A stretch of 64,000 nucleotides of DNA from Eledone cirrhosa (Eukaryota), in NCBI GenBank assembly GCA_964016885.1, contig OZ024744.1, forward strand, positions 52,514,001-52,578,000. The letters are read 5' to 3'. Within the stretch, counting starts at the first letter, position 1; every line of letters starts with the position of its first letter. A program made the translations under genes and the position numbers. The notes under the pieces were generated by a model. It was not told where the DNA came from. It saw nothing but the letters and a program-made list of their open reading frames with translations, and did no database searches. Shown here in pieces: positions 23,633-36,362 of this stretch.

Positions 23633-23995
23633 TATATATATATATATATAGGTCTTCGTAATTATTATTACTATATATATATCGAAATTTATAAACAAAC
23701 CATCGGACGGTTGGCTAAGTAGAACATCTCTACCGCAGAAAATAACTCTGAACCTAGTCGATTGCTATATATAATAGTTTAGAAAAATCTAGTGAAAACC
23801 CCTATTGACGGGAAAAAGTGTTAAGCAGCTGTTAAAAATAATCTCTATGGATGCTTGCTATTTTTTCCGTCGCTTGTCACAACGGGGATAGACTGATGAT
23901 GATGATGAGATAATGAACCAATGAGCGGATTGCGCTACAGATAGCTAATGGCTAGAGATCTTCACGCATAGAATCGGAGACGAGATCACATAGAA

Positions 23996-24089
23996 AACAT
24001 ATCTGATGATCTTTCGATTACAGAGTCAGGTTCGATTAATAATAGGTCGTTCCTCGAGCTGATCGATAATGAAACATATGTAATATGTT
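23996..24089 (+). ncRNA. Type I hammerhead ribozyme motif
   Basis: aacatat-CTGATGA-...tcgatt...gatcga..-GAAA-catatg-TA-atatgtt. Stem I 7 bp perfect, palindromic CATATG, GUA triplet; base of stem II mismatched. Confidence 0.75.
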
Positions 24090-24736
24090 ATTAAATATGT
24101 TATGATGCAACACTGAAACTGTGTTCTTTTATTCATATAGTGCTCAACCGGTATACTGCCTACGGACGCAATTTTTCTGCCAACCAAACACCTATATATA
24201 TATATATATATCTACCTACCTAATTCGTTACTATCTACTCTTCCCCCTCTTTCTTCCTCTCCCTTTCTCCCTCTCACTTTCTCTCACCCTCTCTCTGTTT
24301 GCTACCTCATTGTTTCCCTCGCCTGACCTTCTAGCAGTTTTTTCTCACTTACACTCGCTTGGGTCAGTCGCGTCTTTTTTCGTTCGATCCCACGCTCTTG
24401 AACTTCTGTTACCGCTAAGTTGCTGCACATTCTTCGGTTTGTTGTTTTTTTACGCTGTTTGCCTTTTCTTCCCTTTTCCCCTTTTCCCTTCTATTTTCCT
24501 TCTCCCCCTCATCCGTTTTCACAATAACCTACCCGGCTATAGAACGCTCTGGGGTTAGATATATTGTCTTTAAAGCGTTGAAATATCAGAGAACTCCAGG
24601 AGACAACTGATGAGGAAAATTCCCCCTCTCCGCTTTCTTGCTTTCTTCTTATTCTCATTCCATTATATATATATGTATATATATATATATTAATTGTTAG
24701 GGAATACAGTACTGATTTATTGAACAAATATATTTA

Positions 24737-24870
24737 TTGGTTCACAGTTGTTTCAGAAATCAGATCAAAATTCAATTGATAAAAATAAAATGTGTCAATT
24801 ATATAATCGATAAAAACAGATGATAATGTAATGAAACTGAACTAAGAACTGACCTCATCTTCAGAACCAA
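24737..24870 (-). ncRNA. Type I hammerhead ribozyme motif, probably inactive (GUG triplet)
   Basis: Minus strand: ttggtt-CTGAAGA-tgaggtcag...ctgatttct-GAAA-caactg-TG-aaccaa. Confidence 0.65.
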
Positions 24871-25349
24871 AAATAAAATAAACATAAAATGAAAAAAAAT
24901 ACATGCCACTGATGGTGGGGACTACAAAAAACATGAAATGCAGATCATACCACTTATCAATCGGAGGACTGAAACAGAAGGATAATACATTCTAAATTCA
25001 AAGAAGTCAGTTAAACGTTTAAGTAATGGAGGAACGATAAAATAGGAAGTAAGCAAGTGTAAATAGCAAGGGTTATAAATGTGATGAAAGGGGGACTATT
25101 TGATAATAAAGAGAATTAAAATCTGGTTCTTACTGGAAGTTATTGCTGATATACTTAGGAGATAATTAATAAATGATGAGAAGTGTTACTATTATTTATT
25201 ACGGTAGAATAAAAATTGAATATAGTTGTGAAAAGAAATAACGTCCTGTCTCCCCTTCTGTTAATCTACCTCTACCATTTAACCCTTTCAATACTAATTA
25301 TCCTAACTTTAATAGGTATTCATTTAACTCCTCTACCATCTCCTGAACC

Positions 25350-25402
25350 CTGATGTGTCGAAATCATTAAAGACAGTGTCTTTAATGATTTCGAAACATC
25401 AG
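25350..25402. repeat. 53-bp near-perfect palindrome
   Basis: CTGATGTGTCGAAATCATTAAAGACA-G-TGTCTTTAATGATTTCGAAACATCAG, one mismatch. Confidence 0.9.
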
Positions 25403-25474
25403 CGATCCACAGAATACAGCCGACGAGCGGGAATTGCCTTTGTGTTTATGTTTGTGTTTCTCTTACGTTTTCTA

Positions 25475-25810
<336 letters not shown>

Positions 25811-26208
25811 AACGTATCTTAAGGTGTCATCAACATCTTTTTTTCAACAGTCAAACATAGAAGACTATTCTTTCTTCTCACTCATTCTATAGTGTCACGT
25901 TACTGTTGTTGTTGTTAACATTGTTGTCACTGTTAGTTTATCTCCCCTCTACTTACCCACCAGTCATCTGATATTTTCAACATTTGTTCAGCCATGTTGT
26001 TGTTCGGTAACACGAGACAGTTCCCGATCGAAAGAACTAGTCGATCTAGCCACAGCCTTCCTGTCATTTGCTAGAAGGAGAGCATGCATTGTCTAATAAA
26101 TACATCATTTATCATAAGACCGTATCATCTAATGTGGAAGTCGTTTGGCTGCTCTTTCTAGTATTCCGTAGGAATATTTAGAAGCTCCTTAGATGCAATC
26201 GGATATAT

Positions 26209-26630
26209 CTTCTTCTTCTTCTTCTTCTTCTTCTTCTTCTTCTTCTTCTTCTTCTTCTTCTTCTTCTTCTTCTTCTTCTTCTTCTTCTTCTTCTTCTTCT
26301 TCTTCTTCTTCTTCTTCTTCCAACTAATGGGAGTGGATCTTCAAGCGAGACTAACCAAGCTCATGGATGTTATCCAACCATCTTGCTCGGGTCGCCCGGG
26401 TCTACTGCCGGCTGGTTTTACCCGCAAAGTATGTCCAGCGATTCTTTCCAGAGATATTCTAACCATATGTCCGACGTATCGGAGTTATGATCTCTCAATT
26501 TGGAGAAGTAGAGTCTCTATCTGTAGCGACACTTTGATTTCTGAGTTACGCAATATATCGAGTAACATTACTCCAAAAACACTTTGGAAAGAGCACCCTC
26601 CTTCCGAAAGTTGACAACCATTACAAGAAC
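26209..26630 (-). mobile_element. RTE-clade LINE 3' fragment with (GAA)n tail
   Basis: Minus strand reads LLLQIERS*LRYVGHMVRISLERIA...KPAGSRPGRP, typical of the RTE C-terminus; (CTT)n at 26209-26320 is the tail. Confidence 0.7.
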
Positions 26631-27299
26631 ACCATCGAAAGTATGAAATATGTCTCCATAAATCGTACATCCGTCAAGGTCTTTTACCTCTCAAAATGCT
26701 TTCGATCTCTTTGCGGCATTGCTAAAAGATTCCGCAACAAATTTGCAGAATTTCTGTTTCTTCTATTTCTCAAACAACTTGTTTATGTGAGCTGTGTATT
26801 TCTTGGACCTGTGTTGCTCCGACAACGCATGCTTCTGTTAGCCGAACAACTGAAAAGCTTGCTCAAGAAATTAACGTATAAGTGGTTGAGCATTGAACCG
26901 ATATGTGTACGTTGAACGTGCTTCGTAAGCAGATTCAGCATAGCATTGCCTGTGACAAAGCTCGCTCTTTGAATCAGTGGTAGAATTAATTTTCTTTCCA
27001 GCTGAACAGACTGGAACAACGGGAAACGTAGTATCTTGTTGAAAGACACAATGTACACGAACCCATGAGCTTACATACGATCATGAGCCGAACATCTCAG
27101 CCACAAAATTACGCGCCTTCACTAAAACCACTATCAACATAGTCACATTCCTAATAAGCTCTACCATTTGGATCGCAAGATCTATCACGTTATCATGTAC
27201 ACTTCCAATATTTCAATTAATAATGACTTTCTCCAAATCCACGTATTCCTCTCCCCCTTCCTTATCCACATATACAGCTTCTGTACTGGAAAAGTACTT

Positions 27300-27600
27300 T
27301 CCTGATTTACTCACAAGTAGGCAGTCTGAGGAATTTGGTGAAAGCAACTTTGTTGCCCTCGACATCAGCTGAGTTTTAGCCCGTGTCTACCATCAAAGTC
27401 ACTTGTCAAGACCTCCTGCGTAAGAGCTTCAAAGATTTGTGGTACCCTGGATCTGTAGCATGCTGCAAATATCTTCTACCCTTTAACAACTCTTGTGTAA
27501 CTCAGCGTTCAGTTTTCTAAATCACTAACTAGTGCTGTCTAACAATGCCTACTGTTACTCAGCTGATACTACTCTACTGTCTCCTATAAACTTCCCTAAT
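27300..27600 (+). pseudogene. Degenerate CR1/Jockey-group RT fragment
   Basis: EFGESNFVALDIS*VLARVYHQSHLSR resembles FG....VALDISKAFDRVWH..L.SK; YSADTTL resembles YADDTTL. Confidence 0.5.
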
Positions 27601-27768
27601 CAAATGCCATCAATATACAGTCTTAACACCTCAGGTCAATTTCACAAAGTTTCCTCGAAGAAAAACACGAACAGATGTATACAACCCGATCAAGCGTTAA
27701 CCTAATATATCCCTTCCATACACTGTACCGATTGTGTTGTTATTTCTGTTTACCTTTTACATACACAC

Positions 27769-27801
<33 letters not shown>

Positions 27802-27847
27802 AGTGTGAGAGCGTGTGTGTATAAACACACATTCGTATGCGTACGTG

Positions 27848-27924
<77 letters not shown>

Positions 27925-28151
27925 ACTCACACACACTAAATTAAGGTATCATACCATATATACTATGTATGATGATTATGTTTCTGAACAGAAAAGCTCA
28001 ATGGACATTTTCCCAGAGCTTTTCCACCTTAAAGTATGTACTCTTTCCTAAATATCATGTGCTTTATAAATATGTACAAAATACTATTTCTCAAATGATC
28101 TATGGCTCATTGTCTCTATATAATCCAATAATTCATATATATTTGAATTTG

Positions 28152-28182
<31 letters not shown>

Positions 28183-28186
<4 letters not shown>

Positions 28187-28737
28187 GATAAATCTACCAA
28201 GAGTTTACGGTAGTGTCCAATCCGTATGAAGAACTCAATGTAATCCGGATATCATGGAAAGAAGAGATGCAATGAAATATCACTTTCGGTGAAAGATAAA
28301 CGGAATACAGAGTCAAGATAAAATATAAAAAAAATAATGAATAAAACAATGAAACAGTTCCTTATATTAAACAAAAAAAGTTCATTATTTAACGATCGTT
28401 TCTAGGATATATATGTGTTAGAATTGGCATGCATATTCAACAGATCTATGTACAAAATTATACAAAATTATACAAACTATCAAAATTAAATATACATACC
28501 AACACATATATATGCCGTCTTCAGAAATAAAGATTATTTCTGAAGACGGCATATATATGTGTTGGTATGTATATTTAATTTTGATAGTTTGTATAATTTT
28601 GTATAATTTTGTACATAGATCTGTTGAATATGCATGCCAATTCTAACACATATATATCCTAGAAACGATCGTTAAATAATGAACTTTTTTTGTTTAATAT
28701 AAGGAACTGTTTCATTGTTTTATTCATTATTTTTTTA

Positions 28738-28742
<5 letters not shown>
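28183..28742 (-). mobile_element. PLE pLTR fragment folded into a ~200-bp-arm palindrome (same family as 49885-51705)
   Basis: Arms 28328-28530 and 28534-28736 with a 3-nt spacer. Unpaired tail 28183-28327 is the reverse complement of ~51555-51705. Flanked by (TA)n. Confidence 0.85.
28533..28680 (+). ncRNA. Type I hammerhead-like motif with long stem II (mirrored on minus strand at ~28384-28530)
   Basis: attattt-CTGAAGA-cggcatatatatgtgtt...aacacatatatatccta-GAAA-cgatcg-TT-aaataat; GUU triplet. Confidence 0.65.
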
Positions 28743-28780
<38 letters not shown>

Positions 28781-28934
28781 ATGGAGAGGGAGGAGAGAAA
28801 GAGAGAGTGAAAGAGAGAGAGAGAAGGGGAGAGAGAAAGAGAAACAGAAAGAGAGAGAGAGAGAGAGCGGGGTAGATAGACAGATAAAACATAGCATTTG
28901 TTAGAATAGTTTAGATACATTTTATGTACATATA

Positions 28935-29134
28935 ACTACAGATATTTTTTTAATAGAGCATTACGCACCAGAGTACTAGATACTTAAGGTAGTAGAATGG
29001 GTAATAGGAAAATAGTCAGGAGCCCGACGGCTGAGCTCCGGACGTTTCGACAGCTAGATCCCAACTAAATCAGTAGTGGCTTTGTTGGTATATGGCTGAC
29101 GAAATGGCCGGAGCTCAGCCGTCGGGGCCCTGAC
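28935..29134. mobile_element. Hairpin-ended repeat; related copy at ~30945-31037
   Basis: 27-bp arms 29015-29041 and 29108-29134; shared CAGAGTACT..ATACTTA.GGTAGTAGA.TGGGTAATAGGAAAAT. Confidence 0.6.
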
Positions 29135-29259
29135 CCCCCCCCCCCTATATATATATATATATATATATTATAGAAAAGACTTCTACAGGACTACAACTGT
29201 TTCATTCGGGATAAATCATCAGGAAGCCTCTGTGGTTACCTCCGATTGAATCCGGGATG

Positions 29260-29304
<45 letters not shown>

Positions 29305-30019
29305 ATATGATGGGATTCCTCAAAAGTGTTGAAACTTAATGGAAGGGTACTGACCCCTGTTTCCTGTCTACAGGGCTAATTTACGTCTTGATGTGGTAGC
29401 TAAGTATATTTTATGTTTATACCATTACTTATTCGTGTAGGTAAGTATACCTTACCCGTATGTTTTCTGGAGGTACGTATACTTTCTCGTACGTATATAT
29501 GATTGTAGTTGTTATAGGTGTATATATTATATATACTGGTATGTGTATATGTGCATTTCGTGTTTGTGCGTGTATATTTGTATGTGTGTATGCGGGTTTG
29601 CACGTATGTAAGGTGTGTATATGAGTTTAGGTATATGTACTTTTGGTGAACATATGTGTATTTCCCTGTAAGTATGCGTGTGCGTGTGTTATTTACGATT
29701 TTATGTGTGTATATTTATATACGTTTATATAATTATATGTATACACACACATATTTCTATATGTGTATTTGGTGTATACGTTTGTATGTGTGTGGATACA
29801 TGTATCGCGCTGGTTTACGTACGTGTGCGCGTGTTTATGTGTACGTGCATGTATATGCATGCATGGCATGTGTTTTCGCGTATGCCTGTGTATGTACGTA
29901 TATAGATGCGTGTATGTATTTAATTATTTGATTTTAATAACCTCTGTCATTTTCTTTCACCTTATTTATTTACATTATTCTTAACTCTGAAGCCTAGAAT
30001 CATTCGGTTTCCTAAATAA

Positions 30020-30472
<453 letters not shown>

Positions 30473-30622
30473 TTTGAGCATATGTTGGTTGTTTACCGAC
30501 ACCTCAGTATGCAGATTGGAGCACTCGACGAAGCACGCAGGTTGGTTTGGTTACTCCGGAGTAATGTAAAATAAAATAATGAAGTCAAATATTTAAAATT
30601 TGGCTTCGTTTATTAAAGATGT

Positions 30623-30677
30623 ACTGCTATATATATTTCGCTGACAGCCATCATTGGCTGTGACCTTTTCAGGCAGT
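30623..30677 (-). ncRNA. Degenerate type I hammerhead motif (G8A)
   Basis: Minus strand: actgc-CTGAAAA-ggtcacagcca-atga-tggctgtcagc-GAAA-tatata-TA-gcagt. Confidence 0.6.
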
Positions 30678-30790
30678 CCGAATTGGTGTGGTAGAAACAG
30701 GTACACATGTTGTTGAAGTGTTTTACTCCGTCAATACTCCGATATGTCCAGCTCCTGGTTGGGTTGTTATTTCTCTGAGGAACTGGAATC

Positions 30791-30853
<63 letters not shown>

Positions 30854-31035
30854 CATATTTATATATATATATATAAATATATATATATATAATGAAGGAG
30901 ATGATAAATATATATATATATAATGAAGGAGATGGACCATAACGTACCAGAGTACTCAATACTTATGGTAGTAGAGTGGGTAATAGGAAAATGTAGGACC
31001 CTGACGTTGAGCTCTGCCGTCGAGGTCATACATTT

Positions 31036-31071
<36 letters not shown>

Positions 31072-31171
31072 GTTTACATATATATATATATAAAGTCTTA
31101 GATATATATGTGTTTTGCAATGGGTCACGCTGTGGCTCAATGAAGAATTAATAAATTAAATAATCAGAGCT

Positions 31172-31339
31172 TATATATCATAAAACATGTCTATAGAATC
31201 ACCAGATAAAATATATACCGTTTCCTCTCCCAATTAGCATAATTAACCATATAAAAAAACATTTTTTATATGGTTAATTATGCTAATTGGGAGAGGAAAC
31301 GGTATATATTTTATCTAGTGATTCTATAGACATGTTTTA

Positions 31340-31348
<9 letters not shown>
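31172..31348. repeat. ~87-bp-arm palindrome derived from the end of the 1400-1898 family
   Basis: Arms differ at one position, 3-nt spacer at 31259-31261; runs into (TA)n. Confidence 0.9.
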
Positions 31349-31417
<69 letters not shown>

Positions 31418-33001
31418 AATAGAAGGAAACAATATTTCATTTCTCACTCATAGTACGGCAGTTACTTAAATCTAAGTATGTATGTATGTATACATACATA
31501 AATACATACAGTAGTATGTATGTATGTTAGTACATACAGACGTACAGTAGTATGTATATATATACATACATGCACACATATATATATATGCACGTATCGG
31601 TTTACCGAACGGTATATATATATATATATATATAGCATATCGTAATATTTTGAGTACTCTATTTAGTGTACTCTAAATTGTAAGATATCGAAAATTCGAT
31701 GGCGATATATCAATTAAACTGGCAGTACCCACCAGCGAGGTTAAATACACCTCTACATATTAAATATAAATATATTTAATAAAAATTAAAAAAACGGTGG
31801 GATAGAAAGACCAGCAATCAATGGAATGGTCCTAAGAAATGCTGGAATGAAGCATTTAATTACCAAGGTTAACCAGGCATCAATCGAATATTGCCGTTAT
31901 CACAATTCACTTTAGTATTTTCATGTTATTTCTTTAATGTTTAGCTCCTAAGGACTAAAAGATGTGGAATCTTCGATCTCTTTCAAACACACACAGACAC
32001 ACTCACTCTGTCTCTCTCCCCCTCTCTCTCTCATTCTTTCTTTCTCTCTCGCTGTCTCTCTCTGTCTCTATTTATCTCTCTCTATTTCTCTGTGTCTCTC
32101 TCTCTATTTCTCTCCGTATCTCTCTCTTCCACTTCATTCTAACATTCCACTACAGTTATACAAAAAAAGGGGATGGCTTGTGTGAAGGAAGAATTGACAG
32201 GCGGAACTTGGTGGTATCACACTGGCGCAATGTTAATGAGTACACGGTAGTACATAATAGGTCCTACGGTAAATAATTCTAGCATATTAAAAGGAAAATG
32301 TCAATATTTGGATTCTTTATGTAACAACAATGCAAACAAGTCAAACCATTCTGAAATTTTTTGTCTTTTATTCTTTATTTGGATTTGCATTCTTATACAT
32401 AACCTCTCGTTTCAAGGAATTGCTTTTTCGTTTTTTTTTTTTCACTCCCATCGTTTACCCCCCCCCCCCCCACACACACACACTATCAACCTCTGTTTTG
32501 CAATTGGTTCTCACCTTCCGTATCATGTTTCCCCCTTGTTCCTTGTACATTCACGATGGACGTCTTACACCAGAACCTGTGTCCGATACGACCACAGTTC
32601 CAGCAATTAAAATGGAAAGCAAACAGACCTAAAATTCCTTTTAATACTCAACCTCTTTCTTTTTCTCCTTGCTCTTTCTCTCTTTCAAGCTCTCCCTCTT
32701 CCCCCTCTCTCTCTCTCTCATTCACACAGCATACACACATATACATATAATATATATATATATATATACATAACTTCAGATTAAGGAATTAGAAGATATT
32801 CTCTCAACAGACAATTTTATATTTTAATTACAGCTAACTTATCGACTTGGCCATGAAAGGATGTTTCAGTCAAAATAAATTAACGAAGATGTGTAATTAG
32901 AAATTATACAAATAAATGCTTTTAATTGTTAGGATTCACAATTACATGTTTGTCCAGGATATTTTGGACGTAATTTGGGAAAGTTTATTTCATTGTTGTT
33001 G

Positions 33002-33003
<2 letters not shown>

Positions 33004-33078
<75 letters not shown>

Positions 33079-33090
33079 TTTTTTTTTTTT
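33004..33090. repeat. (ATT)n tract plus short poly(T)
   Basis: Direct reading; lies at the 3' end of the adjacent LINE. Confidence 0.95.
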
Positions 33091-35592
33091 CTTTGAGTCT
33101 CAGTCATTGATGTTAGTTAACTGGAAAGTTTGTTAAAATGAATATCAAGCCACTACCAGCAGCCTCAGATATTCAGGACGTATCGGAGGGTTCTTGCTGT
33201 TCCCAGCAAGCATGCATTTTAAAGCGTTCCAAAAAGCGTGGCGGAGCCAATTTTCTTTAACCATCCCTGGAAACTTTTTGAGATAGTGCCTAGTGCGCCT
33301 ATGATAATCGGGACCACTTTGACTTCATGGCAGTTCCAAATCCTTTTTACCTCCCACTTTAAGTCCTGGTATCGGTTAATTTTCTCCCTCTCCTTCTCTT
33401 GCACTCTCGTGTCGAATGGGCAGGCCACATCCACAATCAGGCACGATCTTTTTTCCTTGTCCAAAACCACCAGGTCAGGTCTATTGTATTCCAGTTTCTT
33501 GTCCGTCTGTATCCTAAAATCCCACAGAACCTTCACCTGATTGTTTTCTATCACCGACTCAGGTTTATGCTCATACCACTTCTCAGAATGTGGTAAATTG
33601 TTTACTTTGCATAGGTGCCAGTGGATCACCCTGCCTATCACATCATGTCTCTAGCCTTTATAGTGAGTCTGGGCTAGGTGTTTACACTCTGATACAATGT
33701 GAGCCACAGTCTCCTCTCTCTCTCCACAGATCCTGCACAGTGGGATAGCCTCCTCCTTGTAAATATGGTGTTTCAAACACTTCGTTTTGAGGGCCTGCTC
33801 TTGCACAGCCATTAACATTCCTTCTCTAGCCTTTTTAAGGTCTCCTCTTTTCAACCAGTTCCATGTCTGTGGATCTCTGAATTCAGTTTTCTCAAAGAAG
33901 GTACTATGAAGGGATTTTTCATGAAGGCTTCTCTTTCTCCTTGTTATTTCCTCCTTGGACATCCCCTGGTCTTTTGTCCTCTCCTTCAGTACAATTCTGA
34001 GCATTGGCTCCTTACTATCAGTCACGTATTTGTGTAGGTTGTTTTTCTCCATCTGAACACAGTCCTCTATGCTGATAAGACCTCTTCCACCTTCAGATCT
34101 CCTTAAGTAGAGTCTATCGACATCACTCCTCTTGTGGAACATATTGTAGATAGTCAATTGCTTCCTAGTCTTCCTATCCATTTCTTTTTGTTCAGCAACA
34201 TTCCATCTCAGAATTCCCGCACTGTACCTAATAATAGACACAGCTCGGGAATTTACTGCACTTATGGTATTCCTACTGTTCAGATGTGACTTTAATACGC
34301 TCCTTACACTCCGAATGTATTCAGATCTTATCAATTCCTTCAATTTTTTGTTCTTTATGCCATCAGCCTCCAGAACGCCCAAATACTTGTATCCTTCCTC
34401 AGAGTCAATTTCCTTTATCATCTCACCTGTTGGTATCTGGATCCCGTTACTTCTGCTCAACCTACCCCTCTTCATCACAATGACTCCACATTTACCAATA
34501 CCAAACTGCATACATATATCACTGCTGAAAATACGGACAGTGTCAACAAGCACATCCAACTCCTTCTCACTTTTCCCGAAGAGCTTAAGATCGTCCATGA
34601 AGAGGAGGTGATTGATGGTAAGCTCTCCCCTTCCCAACTTGTATCCTGCTCTCACTTTTCGCAGCATAATGGTCAAGGGCATCAGGGCAAGGACAAACAA
34701 CAGAGGGGACAGGCTATCTCCCTGGAAGATACCTCTCTTGATCTTCACGCTTCCCAAGGATACTCCAGTTGATGTCAACTCTGTCTCCCAGGACCCCATA
34801 CTCCTGCCTAGCAACTGTCTGATGTTATCTGCCACCCTGAAGATCTCCAGGCTTTTGGTGATCCAGGAATGAGGCACCATGTCAAATGCCTTTCTGTAGT
34901 CTATCCATCCCATGGCAAGATCAGTGTGTCTCCTCCTGCAATTCCCCATTACCATCTTATCAATAAGCAACTGGTCCTTTGTACCACGTGACTTCTTTCG
35001 GCATCCTTTCTGTTCGTCCGGTAACAAGTTGTTTGTGTGGAGGTGATGGTAGATTTCCTCAGACACAATGCTCGTCAACAGTTTCCACATTACGGACAGA
35101 CATGTGATAGGTCTATAGTTGGTAACATCATTACCCTTGATTCGGTCTTTCATTATCAGAACTGTGGTACCTTTTGTCAACCACTCTGGCACCTCACCCG
35201 ACACCAAGCAGTCATTGAACATGGCCGTCAGCTTCGGGTGGAGGGATGTTAAATGTTTAATCCAATACCCCTGCACACCATCTGGGCCTGGTGATTTCCA
35301 GTTGGTTAGTTTTTTGGCCTGCCCCTTAAGAGTTTCAACTGTGATACTCAAATCAGTCTGTTGTTGTGCCTGCTCACCGATCTCCCTCTGTACTGTCTCA
35401 ATCCACCCTGCCTGGGCATTGTGTCTAACATCCTGCTCCCATATTCCTCTCCAGAATGTTTTAGTCTGTTCCGCCCCAGGGATCAAGTCGTTGCCTCTTT
35501 ATTTCCCCTCAAGCTGTCCAAACAGCATCTTCTGGTTGTTGTCGAACATGCGGTTCTGTTTATACTGACTGACTCTGTTCTCGTATCGCCTG
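33091..35592 (-). mobile_element. Dong/R4-like RLE LINE, family A, 5'-truncated
   Basis: ORFs 33651-35486 (RT, CCHC) and 33219-33641 (RPDLVV endonuclease), separated by a premature stop; (ATT)n on both sides. Confidence 0.93.
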
Positions 35593-35681
<89 letters not shown>

Positions 35682-36362
35682 CACTCATTCAGTGCCCGAG
35701 CATTGCTGACTTGTGCAGCTATGTCGAGCAGTTGCTGTCGCGTGTAGGACTGATCCGGTTGTCAACTGAGTCCATTGTGCAGATGATCTCGCTGTCTTCC
35801 TTCGAGGAATAAGGGCAGGCGGTTTTCATCTGCCTGGTGGCCATGGCGAAAGAGATTGTGTGGTGGACAAGGTTAAAAGGGTTAAAGACAAACACTTTCC
35901 TCTTCGGCGAATCCCTAATTAACTTTTGCAAGTTTCACTTGAAGAGGAAAATCAGGGTGGAGAGGCAAGTGCTGCTTTCTAACAAGTTTGTTGAAAGGTG
36001 GGTGAATGTAGCGAGAATGGTCCGAGTGAACGGGACCACTCGGAATATACGTCTGTAGTTTGAGAGATGGAAAAATTGAGAGAGGGCGCTTGCCCTGGTG
36101 GTCAGGGTGGCCGTGGTCTTTTGTGTGGTTTTCGCTACGAGTAACCCTCGGAGGTTTCCCCCCTATTGGGGAATTTTTCATTGTTTCAATTTTCATTTTT
36201 ATTGTTTATATATATATATATGTTTCTATGTCTTTTTTTTCTTTTCTTATATAAATAACAAAATATTTACACGCACAAAACCCACATCGTACCGTCCTGT
36301 ACCGTCCTGTGCAGTCAGTAATGTTTTTCTTGATGTCAGCCCTTGTGGCAAATAAAGAAATC
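35682..36362 (+). mobile_element. 3' fragment of a related Tx1-clade LINE subfamily
   Basis: AMAKEIVWWTRLKGLKT...FHLKRKIRVER matches ORF 4299-4766; ends CCCTTGTGGCAAATAAAGAAATC(ATT)n. Confidence 0.9.

Noticed and set aside
24600-24630. CTGATGAGGAAAATTCCCC hammerhead-like start
   Set aside because: No correctly placed GAAA, stem III and stem I partner before the (TA)n.
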